64,000 nucleotides of DNA from Tubiluchus corallicola (taxonomy: Eukaryota; Animalia; Priapulida), in the NCBI GenBank assembly GCA_030141605.1, contig JAQGDQ010000514.1, positions 62,001 through 126,000 of the forward strand, in the 5' to 3' direction. A program made the position numbers and the translations under genes. The notes under the pieces are model-generated. The model saw nothing but the letters and a program-made list of their open reading frames with translations. It did not search any database and was not told where the DNA came from. Shown here piece after piece: positions 53,862-64,000 of this stretch; positions within the stretch are counted from its first letter, which is position 1, and each line of letters opens with the position of its first letter.

Positions 53862-54021
53862 TGCCGCACGGTGTAGGCCGCGGTGCCATCCGTCCTGCCT
53901 CCGTTAAAAGCGGACAGCAGCCCAATATTTTAAGAAAGTTTTGTTTGCAGCAGAAATGTTATAGAAACTTTTTATTGTTTTTATACCTATCTATTGTCTT
54001 TTTTATATACAGGAAGTCAAA

Positions 54022-54838
54022 ATGGCTTATTATACCTTCTTAGTTATGCTTGCTCTCTCTACTTCCATTCATGGAACTATTGTAAGTGTGAACAGTATCA
54101 TCCCTCAACTGTCTCAGGAGGCGATTTACAAGCACCAAGACGTTTTAGCGTCATATGGGATTATCATCACTGATCCCAAGCCCATTGGGTATCAAGTATC
54201 CCAATCTTACAAGATAATAAGAGTAGAAATGTCCAAAGCATGGAACATTCACTACCAGCTCTTCAATGATCCAGAAAATGACTACCCCTCCAAGGCCAAC
54301 CATCGAGATAAAAGATTCCTAGGAATGATTGTAGCCGGTGCTGCGATGGCAGAAGCCACTGCAGCCTTAGCATTGGGGGCAACCAACAGGGCCGAAATTA
54401 ATGCCCTCAACAGGAAAATGAGTGAGTTAAAAAACAACCAAGATATGATGAACCACGAGCTGACTGTAGTAAATAAGGAAGTTGGCATTTTAGGACATGA
54501 CCTGGAAGAATTGGAACGACTTGTTGGTAATGTTGACCATAACGTCCACAAGCTTATGCAGGCCCATGCAAAAGATATGACTCAGCTCCATGAATATCTA
54601 AATTCAGTTAGGTATGGACATGGATTGAGATCTATAACATCGTCTAAGATAGATTCACTCCTCATAAGCCCGACTCAATTTAATCTTCTCATGTCTAATC
54701 CCAACTGCAGTGTCCCTTTGTCCTATGGTGCAAGCAGAGCAATAGTAATCAAATCAGAACCGGAGAGGTTGTGGATGTTGGTTAATGTGAGAGAGATCAT
54801 TCAATCACCAAGCAGAGTGCATGTCAAAACCAAAAATG
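54022..54838 (+). pseudogene. EVE: F protein N-terminal half, copy C, retaining the viral gene-start
   Basis: ORF 54022-54915; 54018-55931 duplicates 41546-43458. Confidence 0.85.
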
Positions 54839-55330
54839 TTTTGTGGTGGAGCATACGCTGGATGGGTGAAAGCCTCGTCAGAAGGCTCCGACTACTCGTT
54901 TTGTGTTCCATGTAGGAAAAATGTGAAAGTGCGAGCGTCCGGGTTTTACGACCTGAAGAGCCATTTCTCATCAACACGTGGACACAAGGAAAGTGTGGCG
55001 AAAACTAAAACTTTTCGGTCGATGGATGATCATTTCAAACCAGCGAAGGAACCTGTTGTTAGCTCTAATGCCACAGCTGCAGAAATTTTATTTTGTCAGT
55101 TTGTGGCCGAACACAACTTGCCACCTTCCATTGCTGACCATTTCAGTTCCAGTTTTTTTGTTCCAATTATTTTTTGTTGTTGTGTGGACTGATATGCGAT
55201 CTCCTGACTGGTCTGTTTCTGTTGGCTCCCAGCAAATTAACACATTTTCAGATTCGGTAAGGTCCCGTGCTGTCTTATAAGGTTTAGCAAGACCCTATAT
55301 AAGGGCAACGCTAATAACAGGTTGACAAGT

Positions 55331-56475
55331 ATGCATTGAACACGACTATCTTAAGAACATAGCTGACACTCAAACTCTTTACCATCATGATAAATTTTCA
55401 AATGTCCTTGATAATTTTGATTTCGTGATCTGTGACTCTATCGATTTTCTCCACCTTCGGGCCATTTCTAGCAACGATTATATTTCGAAGTGTGAAGCAA
55501 AAGTTAAAAATAAAGGCACCTTTTAGTTTAGTATTGGGTTAGAACAAATTAAAAACTTAAATATTTTAAAATTAAATTTACAAACACTACAAATTTCACA
55601 TATCTCCTAACGTTAAAGCAAATCAAGTTTATATTTTCCTCCAATGTTCTGAAAAATTAGATAACAAAGAAGGTTTAGTTGCTTGGTCCGCTTGGTATCA
55701 ATTCATACATTTTGTTGTTCGTTATCGCATGTACGCTGTAGAAAATGCTTTTAAACGTAAAATGAAACAATTGACGTTAGCCCATCCTATTCTTTCTAAA
55801 GTTAAAGATAAGCCTTGCCACTACACAACCTTCTCCCCTACCCTAACGTCAGACCGCTTTGAAACCATGTTTGAATGTAAGCATAACAAGCTCAAAAATA
55901 ACCATCGCCTTAACCGTATCGAAGCAATTTTGAACGATAATAAATTTTAGAAATCTGCTAGCAAACTCCAAAATTTAGAATATCTTAACGTAGAAGACGT
56001 TAAGAAAGGATCCCGATTATGCCCAAGAAAATTAAGTAATCAAATTGTAATAGCAAAATGGAACACCGAAAAATCAAAAGTATCTGATGATTCAGTTTTA
56101 GTAGCCGACTTTTTAGGAAATTTAGTTAAGAAAATTACCGGCGCTGATCCGTTTAACACCCCTGTAGTACAAGTATCTAAAAACGCAACCTTAGTTCATT
56201 CTGCTGTAAGAGACCGCTTAGACCATCCAAATAAGCAATTATCTGACGAACAAATTACTCAACTCTTAGACGCTGCAGAATACGTATGTATGCCTCCATC
56301 CCACCCTATCAAAATTGCAACCTGGGATGAATTAGGACATTTAATCAATAGACAAGGTGCTTCCGGAATGTTAGACGATTGTCAAGATTTAGGAACTCTT
56401 TACGACCGCCCTGGCACTCGCGAAGTTGTAGAACGTATAATTAACGATTTGCAAAAGTTCCAATTTTACCAAGGT
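55331..56475 (+). pseudogene. EVE: pestivirus-like/large-genome flavivirus NS5B RdRp N-terminal region
   Basis: TWDELGHLINRQGASGMLDDCQDLGTLYD...VVERIINDL parallels pestivirus NS5B WEQLEAGINRKGAAGFLE...LVEQLVRDL; upstream frame largely open. Confidence 0.7.
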
Positions 56476-58048
56476 TGACTAAGGGAGACATAGTGATTAG
56501 TCCAAGACTAAAAGTAGGATGGTTTACATATTATGTTGATTGTAGTTACCAGGGTAGAGTTGAGAGAGTAGAAGCAAACGGAATTGTGCGGGTTAAGTTT
56601 CCTACTACAGTACACGGAGACAGTGGGCAACCCATATACATGGAAACAGAAAGAGGAAACGTGTGTGTGGGTTGCATTGCATACAGTAGCAATTTGAATG
56701 GAGACATGGTAGAGGAAACGATAGCAACTGAAACTCACGGAATCTCAACTAAGGTAGAGCAGGGAAAGATACGAATTGTAACATCTTATTGTGGGAGTGG
56801 TAAAACTAGAGAAAAGATTCCATCTTGTTTGAAAAGTAGGTCTATTGGACAGAAAGCATACATACTAGCTCCTGACAGAGTAGTAGCACGTGAGAATTAC
56901 GAATCCTTGAAGAAAGTGCTAAAAGAGAAAATAGCATTGAGGACATCAGATGCTAATCCAGAGGAAAGAAAGATGATATATTTTTTGTTATGCAGTTGTC
57001 ATAATGAATGTTAAGACTTAGATTTAACAGAAATTTGTGGTATTTTAGGGAGGTGCTGCCATCTTTTGGCTGTAAAATTAATTTACCTATTTCTTAAACT
57101 GTTTACTGTACAATCTATTTACATACCATTTACTGGGTTTCAACTAAAGTTAATGAGCTGTAACAGGAGTCCTGGCTATTGTATGTTGGTCAGTAGTAGT
57201 TCAGGTCTCATAGTCTGCTGGTGAATAATGTAATTGGTGAATTTCATAATGTAGTTTGTCAAGGTATGTTGCTTTAAATTATATTTTGTGGTTTTTTTAT
57301 TTTGCTAAACTGAGAGGTTAGTGCTTTAATTTTTGTTATAGTGTGTTAAACTTAAGTGAATTATTAAGCTAAACTTCCCTAAATGTTGCTTTTGCTTTTA
57401 TTTCAGACGGCAATTTATGTTGAAACCTACCCCCCCCCCTCTACACAGGCTTCACTTCTTCATTTTTTTGACAATAAAGAAATCAACCTACCTGTATCAA
57501 AGTGTTCATCATTTTTATTGGATTACAACATGCAGACAGACAAACTGAACAAAACAGCCAGGACCCTGTAAAATCGAGGTAATGGCCCATGCAACAGCCT
57601 TAAATCGATATAGGAAGGAGAAATTGAACTTTAGAAGCTCATTGACCATCATAGATGATGGGCATTATAATAACGAAGAAACCGTGGCATTAGTATCCAT
57701 AGTCATGTACAGTGCAACATCAAAGGACATGATGGCCACAGCCACAAACCAGCCAGTGGAGCGCATGGAGATGAATGAAAGGGAAGTTAAAAACTATGTT
57801 AACGAGCAAGTAGAAGCCAAGATATTGTGGATAGTACCAGGCAACGTGAATAGTAAAGCAAAAGAAGTGAAAGGTTGGTACAAGGACAAAATAATAGTGT
57901 TGGATAAGCACAATATAGAAAACCTGAACCAAGCTAAAAATCTTGCGACAGGCATGGGGATAAGCACCAGCATATGTGAGTGTGGTGCTAACTTAAATCC
58001 TGACATCGTCATTGTACTCAAACTAATTACCCTCCAGTAACAGAAGGT

Positions 58049-58200
58049 ATTGAGACTGGAAGATGGGCAAGGATAAAAAGAGAGGACAGGCTATGCTCCT
58101 GTTCTGGCTTAAACGTACAAACAGAAGAGCATGTTATCTGTTTTTGTCCACTTACGAATCACCTTCGTGAACATAACACTGAACTGAGCTTCAACGAATT
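58049..58200 (+). mobile_element. LINE ORF2 C-terminal CCHC fragment
   Basis: IETGRWARIKREDRLCSCSGLNVQTEEHVICFCP. Confidence 0.75.
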
Positions 58201-59078
58201 TTTTAAGACGAATTTTTTAAGCTTTATTTACGAACAATGTTTTCTTGTGCTTCAAAATATGACATTGCCTAAGTGTACTACAATCAATGTCCGCCATATT
58301 CCAATAAAATATTGTAGCGTTTTATATGTCATTTCTATTGAAAAAAATAAAAAAGCTATTTTACAAATTTGCATTAAATTCTGTAGTTCTAGACCCTACT
58401 AAACACAAACATTAAGTAAACCTAATTTGGTAATTTTACTAATTTATACTATGTAACACATTATTTATACTATGTAACACGTTCTATCAAATTATAAGAT
58501 TGTCATTAAGTAAACTAAATGTTCAAGGTGATCAGTTCAATCAAAATGATACAAAATGATGTATTTACTTACATCGTACGTCTCCATAAAGCAAATCGAG
58601 TATTTACCAATATATCTGACAAATTATCACTATCATACTGTGAAAACTACTATTAAAGAAGCCTGTTAACGTCTGCCAACTAACTCGCTTGCCCAGGTAA
58701 AAACAGATCTGTACAGGTGAGTGATCGTGGTCACGTGACCAACGAGATACTTAGCGAAATTCACTACAGTCATTGATACTCAAACTAATTACACTCCAGT
58801 AACAGAAGGTGATGTAGATGTGATTTTGCAGGAAAGACCCACTAGTAGGGCTAGCCAGGTTCAGAGAATAGGTCGAGGAGGCAGAAGGAAGAAAGCCACT
58901 TATGTAACGATTGGGCCAAGAACTAGACCACAGACGAGATTTTTCCCATCAGATACAGCCATGTGGGATGGCATAGCCATCTTACTGGCTGAAGACACAG
59001 AGGCTACACTACTGCAATATGTATGGTGAGGAAGAATGCACATTGCATAGTGAGCGGAGTTTAGAATTCAAGAGATTA

Positions 59079-59656
59079 CCGTATATACTCGCATATAAGC
59101 CGAATTTAGAACTATAAGATACAATACTGAAATCAGGGGGTCGGCTTATATGCGCATGAAACAAAATGAACACAAGGACAGACACTAATGCCAATTTTCC
59201 AGCCACACATTTTCATCGCTATCTGACTCTTTATTTGGTTGTGTGTCACCAGTGGTGTATTGGAGGGGGATCGTGGGGGATCGCCGTCCATCCACTTTTT
59301 TTTAGAAAAAATATAACAGAAAACTTTTTTATAACAGAAATGTTATAATTTTTTGTGAATAAATAGAAAACAAAATAGTTTCTTCTTTATTCATATCAAA
59401 ATGTATAATTTCTTCTATTTCTTCTAGTATGTAACATAAAAGTAAGCATTTTACATCTTTATAGTAAAAAATTTCTATGAACCAAAAATACCCAATTAAC
59501 AAAATGTGACAAAAAGGGGGTTTGATTGGGTATGGAGTAAAATTAGACAAGTTGATGGTCGGCTTATATACGGGTTTTTGCAAAAACTTGCCATTTTAAA
59601 GCAGTTTTAGGGGGTCGGCTTATATGCGATGTAGGCCTATATGCGAGTATATACGG
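59079..59656. mobile_element. Tc1/pogo-type MITE inserted in the NS3 EVE
   Basis: TIRs CCGTATATACTCGCATATA / TATATGCGAGTATATACGG with TA duplication; removal restores the frame FKRL-GVKHP. Confidence 0.85.
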
Positions 59657-60436
59657 TAGGCGTGAAACACCCAGTGACTGAAGATATGAAAGTGCCATAC
59701 TCAATGGCTGTGTTGTTGAGTGAGAACGGTTTGCCACGGATATCAGACAATGTGCCAAACAGGAAGACGCCAACAGCAATTCTGTAATCAATGTCCAAGA
59801 AAAGGGGTTGCATTCGATTGTAGAATGCATGTGAATAAGCATGCAATGTTGGTGCAGTTGGTGGAATTTGGATTCAATTCTTGGAGTGTGGTGACGATGT
59901 TGGCAATAATAACAATGATATCAAGCACTCTCTATTATAAAATCATAACATCAACTCATGGTTGGCAAAGGACAGTAGACCTTATTAAATGGTTATGGAG
60001 ATATGCTATAGTATTCACGACTTTCTACATGGTCACTATGCACCAGGATTTACTAGCTGGATTGAATTTTGCAGTACTATTAAAGCTTAGTATGAACTTA
60101 TATGACATTATAGTCGAAATACGAGCCGAAAGGAATGTGAAACACTCCTGGTGGGACGCGATGGTTGCAATGATATACACAGGAACCCTGTTAATAGCTT
60201 TGCGAGGGGACCAGTTCATAACTTTTGTAACCCGAAAGATGGGAGTTGAAGGAGTGCAACATGTACGAAATATTGGATGGCGTTATCAGGTAACAGATTA
60301 TTTATCTGTGATACAAAGCCATCTTATTTACGTGGTGCTCGACACATCATCCATAGGAAAGTTATTCGGTTATGTATATTCCACTAAGATTCGAGAGAAA
60401 ACAAATGAAAAGGGCTTTGACGGTCCAACAATCAAG

Positions 60437-61030
60437 GGACGTATTAAAGGAAACATTTCATTGCCAACCATGCATAACCGTTGCCATGCCTACCATGCAA
60501 AAACGACTGTTTACCGTTTCAATACGGTGATATTGAAGAAATTGAAAAATTTTTGAATATCGGCGTAACTTCATGTACTATATCATCTTTAGCTACCGGG
60601 TCTTTACCAAACAATTTTCATCAGCATCACACTGACTCACAGTCACTAGTAAACACTTTAAACTGTCTTCCCTAATCAATGATGGTAATTCGATGAAAAC
60701 CTTTTATTTTTCCATATGAATGCGAGTCGCTTGTACCTTAATTAAAATTTCATCACAACAGATTCTTCCATAATTATTTATTCATTGATATTTTTTTACA
60801 GAGCATGTACCTTGTGAGGAGAGTCCGGAAGGTTTTGACCTCAGCTGGGATTCGACTGAGCAGAACTCAGAAGCAGGTGTTTCTACAGTAACCAGTGAAT
60901 CAGTATCAGTAAGCGAATTCAAGTGGTGTATGGTGAGTACGAACAGCCAACAATGTTTTAGCACTTTGTGCATCTCATTTCTCGAGATGAAAATGTGTTA
61001 GACATTTTTTAATTATCAAATACAGACACA
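60437..61030 (+). repeat. Recurrent non-viral module (split copies at 38601-38673 + 39239-39679 and 47794-47866 + 48432-48872)
   Basis: GGACGTATTAAAGGAAAC...ATCATCTTTAGCTACCGGG...CAAATACAGACA shared by three loci. Confidence 0.85.
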
Positions 61031-61261
61031 TACAAATAATTGGAACTATTAAGAAAAGAAAGTTTATCTATATACCCTGATAAGCCTTCTACTAATGTAC
61101 AACTGAGTTCAATTCCTATAAGTTCATTTTCAAACACCTAGTTATTTGTTACTGTATCAATTTCGTTTGATCAGGTCTGCTTATTCATTACCTTTTTGAC
61201 TTCTGTTAACTATTCAGTTAGCGCATAATAGGCTCTGTCCACCACTTGCATCAACATTGGT

Positions 61262-61620
61262 GGCAACATCGCATCATAGCGGATGGAAGACCTGACATTT
61301 GAAGGAAACACAATTTCTCCTCGCACCTGTCCTGGCAACATCGCATCATAGCGGATGGAAGACCTGACATTTGAAGGAAACACGATTTCTCCTCGCACCT
61401 GTCCTGGCAACATCGCATCATAGCGGATGGAAGACCTGACATTTGAAGGAAACACGATTTCTCCTCGCACCTGTCCTGGCAACATCGCATCATAGCGGAT
61501 GGAAGACCTGACATTTGAAGGAAACACAATTTCTCCTCGCACCTGTCCTGGCAACATCGCATCATAGCGGATGGAAGACCTGACATTTGAAGGAAACACA
61601 ATTTCTCCTCGCACCTGTCC
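61262..61620. repeat. 72-bp tandem repeat x5
   Basis: Unit GGCAACATCGCATCATAGCGGATGGAAGACCTGACATTTGAAGGAAACACAATTTCTCCTCGCACCTGTCCT. Confidence 0.96.
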
Positions 61621-62764
61621 ATCTAAAGCACGAGGGATGTGTCTCACCTTTCTGGCTAGCAGACTGACAGTAACTTTCAGAAACAAAAGTGGGTGTTGAG
61701 TTAGTATATGACTCAGTACCTTGAGTTTCAGCATTTGAAACCCTTGATGCTTTATCCATTTTAGAGCTTTCTTTAGATTTTATGCTACCACTCAGATTAG
61801 CAGTACACTTTTTATTGCTTAGACAATCACTTGCTGATGATTTGGAACTTCTTAATCTTATTAGGTAGCTATGAGGCATTAGCTTACTGTTACATAAGTT
61901 TATTAGCGTCTGTTTACTACAGTTCGCTAGGTTCAGCTCAGCTTCATAAATTGTTTGGCGTGGAAAACTTCGAGGCTTTACACCAATAGTAATGGCGGCT
62001 GGAACTATACTCCAGGTTACGGCATACAGCAGTGTCAAGGCCACAACAAGTGCTGTGCAAGAATACTGCCGACGTAAAATTAAAATGTTCTCACCGTATT
62101 TGTTCTCCAAAAACTTCATAAACTTCACTGCCGAAGATTACTTATATAATTTTGCAGGCATCAAAGGTGAGATATCACGTAAAATAATTGTTTTTATTCA
62201 AGTTTGCTAATTTTGTGTGAGCACCAATACTATCAGCATTATTATTTCCTCTTTCCAATCTGGCCTTCCCTGTTTGAGTCACTTGTCATGTTACAATCTT
62301 AAGCTGATGAGCCTACCTCATGTAAAACTGTTTTAAAAAAGAGATTACTTTTACTAAACCATCGCAGATGATGTGACTTTGAAGAAATGTAAAGAAAAGT
62401 TTTAAACATAAAGAAACACACACGTATATGGTCGTTAGCATTGCTTATATTTTTTACATTCGCAACTGTTTTTGCCAATCGCTCAGTGCAGCATGAAAAT
62501 TGTTTAAAAACATAGGAGAATTTAAAACATTGATGAAGCTTTGTATGGTGAAAATATGTTGTAGTTATCACAATACTTTCTCATTGTTAATAAGATCTTT
62601 CAGATCAATGAGTCGTAATATTTACAGTCAGCTAACTATTGGCTATTCCGCAAATGTTTCTTTTTGCATTTTTGTTCAAATTGATTTTTTTTAAATTTTG
62701 ATTTACTGAAGTAGGCAAACTTGAAAAGCCAAGGCTCCTTGGTCTCACTTAAACCATTCACTTC

Positions 62765-63133
62765 ATGAACTTAATTCGAAAAAATTTAGTGCGTCTCCGA
62801 GATGCTGGATGGGACCAAAAACAGATTGAAAACCTTGAGACAGAATTTCATGGTCTGAAGAGAGACTACAGAGACAATGAACCCACCAAGACTGCATTGG
62901 ATACGATGACAGATGACACACCATTCCTCCAAGCTTGGAAGAACTTCGATCGCTACTCTTCCTTGATGGAATTTTCTGGAGGACGTGCAACTCTCTTTCC
63001 GTCAACAGCCACTGTAGAGGCTGACTTTAGCATTGTTGGGGAAATCAAAGATTGCTATAAGCAGAGCATGACAGACTTCAGCCTGGAGGGGTGCCTCCAA
63101 GCAAAACAGTTTTTTGAACTGATGAAAATGTGA
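62765..63133 (+). mobile_element. hAT-like transposase C-terminal (dimerisation) fragment
   Basis: FSGGRATLFPSTATVEADFSIV...KQSMTDFSLEGCLQAKQF. Confidence 0.75.
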
Positions 63134-64000
63134 TAACTGATAGTGATAAGGAGTAACAAAATAAATGAATCAAATGACCTAAACAAAGTGGCCTGATCAT
63201 ATAGCAAGTCCGTGTATTCCACAGATTCTTGCAACATTTGGCAGCATCTATCTAAAATTTAAAGGACTTCATGTGAGCAGACATCTTAAATGCTGCGTAA
63301 GACGATGCAATTAAAGTTTCGATTTAGAGCTGCATCAGAGAAAATTTGTAAAATAATCTAATGTAAATTTAGATCAGTTTGGAAAATCCAAATTGAAATG
63401 CAAAAAACTAGTTCTCATTGGCTGTTCACGTTCAGTAAAGTAGACAGGTTTACAACTTTATACAACAGTTTTCTACAGGAATAGATCTAATTGTAAAATG
63501 AGTCAGACAGCCTGAATGCACCATGACTATTTTGTGGTGCCAGTGGTGCAGACTGCTAAGATCTCATCTAATTAGGTTAATTATTTCAGAAATTATTAAA
63601 AACCTAAATTCCGTTTTATTAGAGCCTTCACGTCTGCCATAATTAGGCTTCTCAGACGTACGCCTAGGCGTATAATTGCTTCATTAAAGGCGGGTTGGAT
63701 AGGTACTAGACAGCTTGCGGAATGTACCCCACCTGCATCAAACACGTTGGATGAATGAATCTAAATGAAATAAAACAATTTTCCATGTTGTTTGAAAAAT
63801 CTTTGTTTTTTTCACAAAAATACGTCTATGTTACAGAAACTCGAAGGCTTGGAGATAAACCAACCAAGACACAGACTGGATGACGAATGCAGACGGGAAA
63901 ATGAACAACAAGCACAACAATAGCAACTAAACCAGCATGCAGAACAACAGCAGCAAGAAGAACAGGCGCAACAACAGGCACAACAAGAGCAACAACATGA

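Larger units (their letters stand above)
56476..60436 (+). pseudogene. EVE: flavivirus-like NS3 protease-helicase and downstream NS4-like TM region, in four colinear pieces
   Basis: 56476-56975: HGDSGQP, SYCGSGKT, ILAPDRVVARE. 57571-58048: VMAHAT, IIDDGH, MATAT, STSICECGAN. 58769-59078: VIDT, SQVQRIGRGGR. 59657-60436: NS3 end and hydrophobic segments. Confidence 0.88.
23965..63133 (+). other. Cluster of endogenous RNA-virus elements and transposon fragments (candidate piRNA-cluster-like locus)
   Basis: Many abutting fragments with Mononegavirales and Flaviviridae motifs, LTR/LINE/hAT pieces and kb-scale duplications, nearly all sense on +. Confidence 0.88.

Noticed and set aside
23965-61030. 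A single integrated virus genome or an RNA-virus contaminant contig
   Set aside because: Pieces come from negative- and positive-strand RNA viruses, carry stops, frameshifts and a MITE with TA duplication, and are continuous with host genes.

Overview
Eukaryotic, AT-rich, intron-containing animal DNA, probably an invertebrate (the host cannot be named from sequence alone). The left 23.3 kb is ordinary: the 3' exons of a cationic amino-acid transporter (SLC7A1/2/3-like, +) converge on six exons of an ACBD6-like gene (ACBP domain plus ankyrins, -) whose first coding exon I could not find in the window. From about 23,965 to about 63,100 the sequence is a dense, partly duplicated mosaic of RNA-virus gene fragments: Mononegavirales class III G (two diverged variants), L fragments, a near-complete paramyxo/pneumo-like F followed by a gene-end/gene-start junction and the L N-terminus, orthoflavi-like NS3/NS4/NS5, and pesti-like or large-genome-flavivirus MTase and RdRp. 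These are interleaved with an LTR-like element, a gag-like zinc knuckle, LINE and hAT pieces, zinc-finger arrays and tandem repeats. Essentially all recognisable fragments are sense on +, i.e. antisense to the ACBD6-like gene. The layout suggests a uni-strand, piRNA-cluster-like archive of past infections, possibly inside ACBD6 intron 1 and built by repeated template switching. Protein family calls are from recalled motifs, not database searches, and EVE boundaries are approximate.
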